A stretch of DNA of 62,580 bases, counting the filler. It is 11 parts of 11 records of this genome, joined end to end, with 100 filler letters (N's around TTAATTAATTAA, not from the genome) between each part and the next. Parts side by side here need not be neighbours in the genome. Positions count along the whole stretch, not along the records: positions 57,257 to 62,580 come from SRR7504441_5329; 10 more parts are not named here. One strand, 5' to 3'. Positions 57,310 through 62,580 of this stretch are shown piece by piece. Position 1 is the stretch's first letter, and the number at the start of each line of letters is the position of its first letter. The notes under the pieces were generated by a model. The model was not told the DNA's origin. It saw only the letters and a program-made list of their open reading frames with translations, and ran no database searches. A program made the position numbers and the translations under genes.

Positions 57310-60300
57310 ATGGAGCCGACGTGCCAGCCGTGCCACCAGCCGGTAGCCTGCAGCGAGATCAAGTCCGTCTTCACCAACCAGATCCTGGCTTCGGCCCTCG
57401 CCGCGCGCCAGGCCGAGAATATCGGCCGCTGGTGCGATTGGCTGGTGTGCCCGCCCATCGCCGGGCGCTCGACCGAGCAGCAGGCGGCTGGGCGCACGGC
57501 TGCGGCTGATCCGGGCCGGGCAGTTGTCTGATCTGAAGCAGCGGAGCGCCAAGCGGGTGTGCGGGCACGTGTTCAAGGCCGGCGAGATCGCGTACAACTG
57601 CCTCACCTGCCAGAACGACAGCACCTGCGTCATATGCTACGACTGCTTTAAAAACGGTGGTCCAGCTGCCCGGCTGCGTCCAGCAGCGCTGCAGGCGACC
57701 ACGAGGGGCACGAATACTTTTTCCACAAGACCGGCCCCGGCGGCTGTTGCGACTGCGGCGACCCTGAGGCCTGGGACCCTGCCGGTGCCGGGCAGCTCGG
57801 CTGGACCTGAGCCTGGCCCAGGCTTCTGCCGGTTGCACACGGGGTGCGCTGTGCAGACCGAGCTCCCGCTGCCGGTGCGCGAGCGGGCGGTCCAGACTGT
57901 GCAGGCTGTGGTCTCACACGTGAGCAGATCGATCCACATGGCCCAAGCGGCCTCGGCCGGCGCCCGTGCGTGGCACAGCCGGCTGGGTTGATGGGTGTGT
58001 GCAGCGCCCGGTGCGGGCCCGACCGAGGAGTTCGTGCTCTTCCTGCACGCTGACGAGATGCACTCATTCGAGGTGGCTGCACCCGGTGCATCCGAACCGG
58101 CTGGCAGGAGGTAGCTCGGGTGCTGCTCCAAGTGGCCTCCGAGATCAACACGGACCAACTGGCCAGTCAGCTCGAGAGCCAGGGCGAGGCGGTGGTCAGG
58201 CGTGGGCCGCGTGAAACCTGCCAACAGCTGCACGAGCAGATCAGCTCGGCCGCCACTGCGAGCTCTGTGCCGTTGATGACCAGCGTGCACTCCAGCACCA
58301 TGATACAAAACGAGCAATTGTGCGTTGAGCTGCTCGAGTGGCTATCACAGCTGGTGACCTACTCGGACGTGTTTGGCAGAATCGTTGCTCAAACACTCAA
58401 CTGCGAGGACGACCACGCGCCGCATGCACAGGCGCGCAGAGATCCGGCTCAGAGCAACCGGCTAGATGCCTGGATAAGCTGCGACTGGCTGCTCCGCCAG
58501 AAATTTTGTGACTCGCTCCATCAAATTTACATGCAGCTGATTCCCGAGCCAGAGTTCAAGGCTGTTTTTGCGGAGGCCTTTCTCAGATGCTACTCTGATT
58601 TGTCGAGCAAGTTCATCCAGGGCAGAGGCAGCAGTGAGAACTCAATCTTCAAACTCACTGTACAGCTTTTCACAGTGCCGAGCTTGGTGCCTCAGCTTGT
58701 CATTGATCAGGATATGTTACAAATCATCTTAGGCTGCATCAGCGCTGCAATTTCGTCAGCACTTGACATGTCCACGATGGTTGTGAATGCCGAACACGCC
58801 ATCATTCGGTATTCTCGGTATGCCTACTTGTTCAACGATTTAAGGTATGCGTTATCAATGCCAGGAGTGGCTCGGCATGTGACGTGTGGCGATTCAAGGC
58901 TGCTCACGAGTTGGCTGCAGATGCTTGCGTTTGTGCAGTTGATGGACCCGAACAGACACAAGAAAGATGCCCATGTAGAATACGAAAGCGAGTCCTGGCT
59001 GCATGCCTTTGACTTGAGCATCAAGCTCACCCCAATCCAGGCGTCGATAGTGGACGGCTTCACCGAAGTTTGCCGAGACCTGCCGCACGACCAGAAGTGC
59101 CAGAATGCCCACTCTGTTGTGTCCATGTGCTGCAATGTCATCCATTCCTGGGCAACTGCGCAGAAGCTTCCTACCACAGAATTAAACTCTCCTCTTGGTG
59201 CCGCCTCGGTGATTGATGTCAATGTACTCGAGAAGCCTGTCTCGTTTCATCTGCCTTTGCACCGATTCCTGTCCCTGCTGCTCCTCAACTGTATTACAAA
59301 ACTCAAGATCGAACCCGCAGAGTTTTTGAGACTCAAATACCTTCCTTCGTCCTTTGTTGCATTTCTGATGGAATGGCCGCTCCAAGCCATGGTGGTAGTT
59401 GCACAGACGAAGATTGGAATGTGGAGACGCAACGGACATACAATACTCAACCAAGCCATAAACTACCAGCACAGTGCTGTCGCCGCCCACATGTGTGATT
59501 TGGATTTGCCGCTGATTCAGTTTGGGGCGTCGACTCTGCCGGCTGGAATGTTTCTCACCACTGTTCTTCATAGGTTTGGACTGTTTAACTGGTGGTGGAA
59601 ATGCAGTGGCGAATCTTCAAAGCTTGAGGTAGATATGGCTACCGAGTGTCTTGCCACATTGATTGTGATTTTTTCTGAATTATATTGGTATGATGCTGGG
59701 TTGGGCTTTCTTGAGAGGGAGCTTGTGCACAAGCTGCTGGTGGGACCCTGTACTCATTCCAAATTGCGTGATTGTGTGCTCTCCTTTGGCAGCAAGAAAG
59801 AGACAGATTCACCTTCATCAGAAGAGTTTGATCAGCTCGTATCTGAAATTGCGATCTTTCGTACACCCACCAAGGTCTCTCAAGGCAAATATGAGCTCCG
59901 AGATAGTCATGCGGTGAAATATGACCCTTATTTCTTTCACCTCACCAGAGAGCAGCATCAAGTTGCGCTTGACAACCTGGCACGAGTCCGAAGCAAGCAG
60001 CCGTCAAACCCATCGCGCAGAGATGGCACCCAGCTGCCGCACCTCGCAAAGCTGCCTAAAGCAATGCATGGGATGGCTGCGACACTGCTTAGCGTGGAGA
60101 TTGCAGAAATGCTGTGGTGTCCGATCAGAGATTCCAAGGATGTTGATAGATGCTCGCATGAACTCTTGCAAGCTGCATTATACTTGCTCTTGTTGTGTGT
60201 TTCTTGTATTCGAGAGGATACGGTGACGTCTCAGAAACGTAGCAGTTTCATAGCTGCACTAGAACTGGACCGGAACGGTGATTCGATAGTATCGAGGCTG

Positions 60301-62436
60301 TGCCACCTCTACTCTGAAACTAAGAATGAGTATGCTGTCCAGCTTGTTCGGATGCTTGCGCCTCTTTCCGAGGCCTGTAACGCCTGCTCCATCCGTGACG
60401 AATTGAACACGACCCAGGCATCAAATGAGCAGGCAACCGAGATAGAGAATGCTACTGCATCCAAAAAGAACTCCAAGAAACTTGCAGCACGAGAACGTGC
60501 AATGGCAGCAATGAAGAAAAAGCGAGATCGGTTCTCAAAAACCCAAACTAAAGCTGCTGTTATCAGCGAAGAGTCTAATACTACAACAAACGATGATAGT
60601 TCCATGGCCTCGTCTTGTATACTCTGTCGTGAAGAGAACAATGAGAGTCCATTAGGACATCTGGCATTTGCACAAATCGGGTCATCCGTGCGACATGATA
60701 GTGGGTGTAGCGGAGTTCATATGCATTTCTGTTCTCACTCGATGCATCTGGCTTGTCACCTGCGATACACCCAAGCTTTAAAACAAAAGCATCATGGCCT
60801 ACAGGATTTCGAGGGGCAGCATGTGATCAATTTGGAGCATGGTGAATTCTTGTGTCCAATGTGCAAGACGATATGCAATGTGTTGATCCCGATTAAAAAA
60901 CACGAGCAAGCTTCGGTTCCAGAAGCCCGATCAGAAGCACTACTTGCTCAGGAGCTTTGTCAATGGTACAACACGGGATACGCCGAGCAATCGCAACACC
61001 CTGATCCGGCACTCGAAAAGGATTCAGATGAGAGTGCACTGGCTCTGGCTTCCCAAATAGCGCTAATGGCAACGTCAAGGGAAAGCTACTCATCTACTAG
61101 TAGCTCAAAAGCAGTAGCTGACCTGAGTCAGTCTTGGCAATCCATCTCATACATTGTGGCATCATTATGGCTGTCCAATGCTAGAGTGGAAGCTACGGGA
61201 GTCACGGCCCTCCGCTCTGTTGTGCACAATATCCGAGCGCTATCTTCATTTTGGTGGACCGATCAGTCTCCTCATCAGCAGCAGGTGAGCCAGCCGATGG
61301 AGTGCTTGCTGCAAGGAACCTCGTCTCAAACTATCCCAGGTGTCTCTGAGCTGTTCTCTGGTCCCACACTCTTGGGCACCGATCTGCTCAGATTGATCTC
61401 TACTTTAGTGCTGCTTTCTCCGGACTCAAATGCAGCACTGACTGCCTTTCGAGCACTGTTTGTGGCTGTGGTTGTACAAGCCACGCTTGCTTCTGAGGAC
61501 AGCTACGAGTGCAATTCGCAAGCAATAAAGCACAGTCATAGCGCTGAGGCTGAGATGGCGGCGGCAACAGTGCACCAAGCTGTCTGTGAGCTTGCGGGTG
61601 TTGCTCCAAGGTCAACCCATAGTATAAGCTGTGCCCCCGGTGGTTCACTGACTTGTCTGGTGCATCTTAGGTTTGGTTCTCGAGGCGCCATGGCAGCAAT
61701 CGAGAGACGATGCTCAGCTGTGCTCCAGCAAGCGGACATTTTGCTTGAGCTTTGCTTTGGGTCACCAGACCTGAATATAGGCGTGCAGCAGCAAACGTTC
61801 GACACCTTGTGTCGCAAGTACGGGTTGCCGAGCGTTGAGTTCATTGCAGGCTGCCTCGAGGGCAGGGACTCTGTGTCAACTGCGATTGGAGGTTTCATCC
61901 AGCAATGGTGTGCTGCTGCGGGTGCTGGTTCTGGGGCTGTTGCGGCTGAGGAGGCATCACGGGGTCTTGCACGCTGGTCTGCCGTCTCGCTGATTTCTCT
62001 TCCACTCGAATACGATGAGCTTTATGGTGCTGTCACCCAGCTTTCATGTCCGAGTTTAAGTTCTGCGTCCGAAGAGCCGGCCCTTTGCCTTGTATGTGGA
62101 ACATGGCTCTGTGGTGGCACTAACTGTTGCAGAGTCAACGGACAGGGTGCTTGTACGAGACACGCATGCTTGTGTGCAGCAGGTGTGGGCATATTCTTGT
62201 TGGTGCGCAAGTGCCAGGTTGTGTTGCTACGCGAAAGCTGGGCCGCATTCTATCCGGCTCCGTATTTGGATATGCATGGCGAGGAAGACAAGGGTTTGAA
62301 GCGAGGATGCAGACTTGTCTTAAGCACCGAGAGATACAATGAGTTGTGTATGCTTTGGGCCTCTCATTCAGTCGTCCGAGAAATTTCTAGGATCCGCAAT
62401 CAGTCGGATCGGGTAATTCGGAGGAATTATTTTTAA
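57310..62436 (+). CDS. UBR1: N-end-rule E3 ligase UBR1/PRT6-like (UBR box, ClpS-like domain, RING); 5 introns at the 5' end then a 4.3-kb exon
   Basis: CGHVFKAGEIAYNCLTCQNDSTCVICYDCF..GGCCDCGDPEAW; LHADEMHSFEEV; LTVQLFTVPSL; GMWRRNG; CILCRE..GEFLCPMCKTICN; PYLDMHGEEDKGLKRG. Confidence 0.93.
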
Positions 62437-62580
62437 ACTAGTCAACTCGTGTTTTCGAGTTATGTACCCTATGACACCTATTAGATCAATCTTATAGTGG
62501 GATTAGATCAATCTTTCCATGATCATTCTTATGTTCCTCTATCATATCCGCGGAATATAAGATTGATCTTATCATTCTTA

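Noticed and set aside
1-62580. Transposase, reverse transcriptase, viral or rRNA genes
   Set aside because: No such motifs recognised in the ORF track or the sequence; any intron-generating enzyme would have to be encoded elsewhere

Overview
This window is eukaryotic nuclear DNA, not prokaryotic. Eleven short contig pieces are joined by ten artificial 100-nt spacers (44 N + TTAATTAATTAA + 44 N), so adjacency across a spacer means nothing. The organism looks like a gene-dense protist, probably flagellated; I cannot name the lineage from sequence alone. It uses the standard code and has mostly tiny spliceosomal introns of about 35-47 nt, so the ORF track fragments most genes. I rebuilt about 26 genes by hand: a MYCBP2-type RING-Cys-relay E3, a SAC3/LENG8 protein, tRNA-Pro(CGG), an acylated EF-hand protein, an IDUA-like fragment, an FN3+STRA6-like membrane protein, an ABC1 kinase, an RNI-LRR protein, a kelch protein, a ProX/YbaK deacylase, a secreted beta-propeller, a giant EF-hand/cNMP protein, an SF1 helicase-KH-HhH protein, an ARM/coiled-coil protein, a type I PKS fragment, a secreted LRR protein, a very divergent actin-related protein, a Vti1-like SNARE, a NodZ-like fucosyltransferase, a SAM-GLFG-DDX19 fusion, a Fused/STK36 kinase, a long coiled coil and a UBR1/PRT6 ligase. 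The strongest leads are: (1) mini-introns with frequent GC-AG donors and junction duplications resembling target-site duplications; (2) a SIM-bearing stand-alone RCR ligase; (3) a Dbp5/DDX19 carrying its own GLFG repeats; (4) a tRNA-Pro with an A1:C72 mismatch and an encoded CCA; (5) palindrome-packed intergenic DNA with a recurrent TACTCGTA motif, plus a steep 5'-to-3' GC/CpG and intron gradient along genes. All family calls are by motif recognition with no database search. Exon boundaries are inferred.
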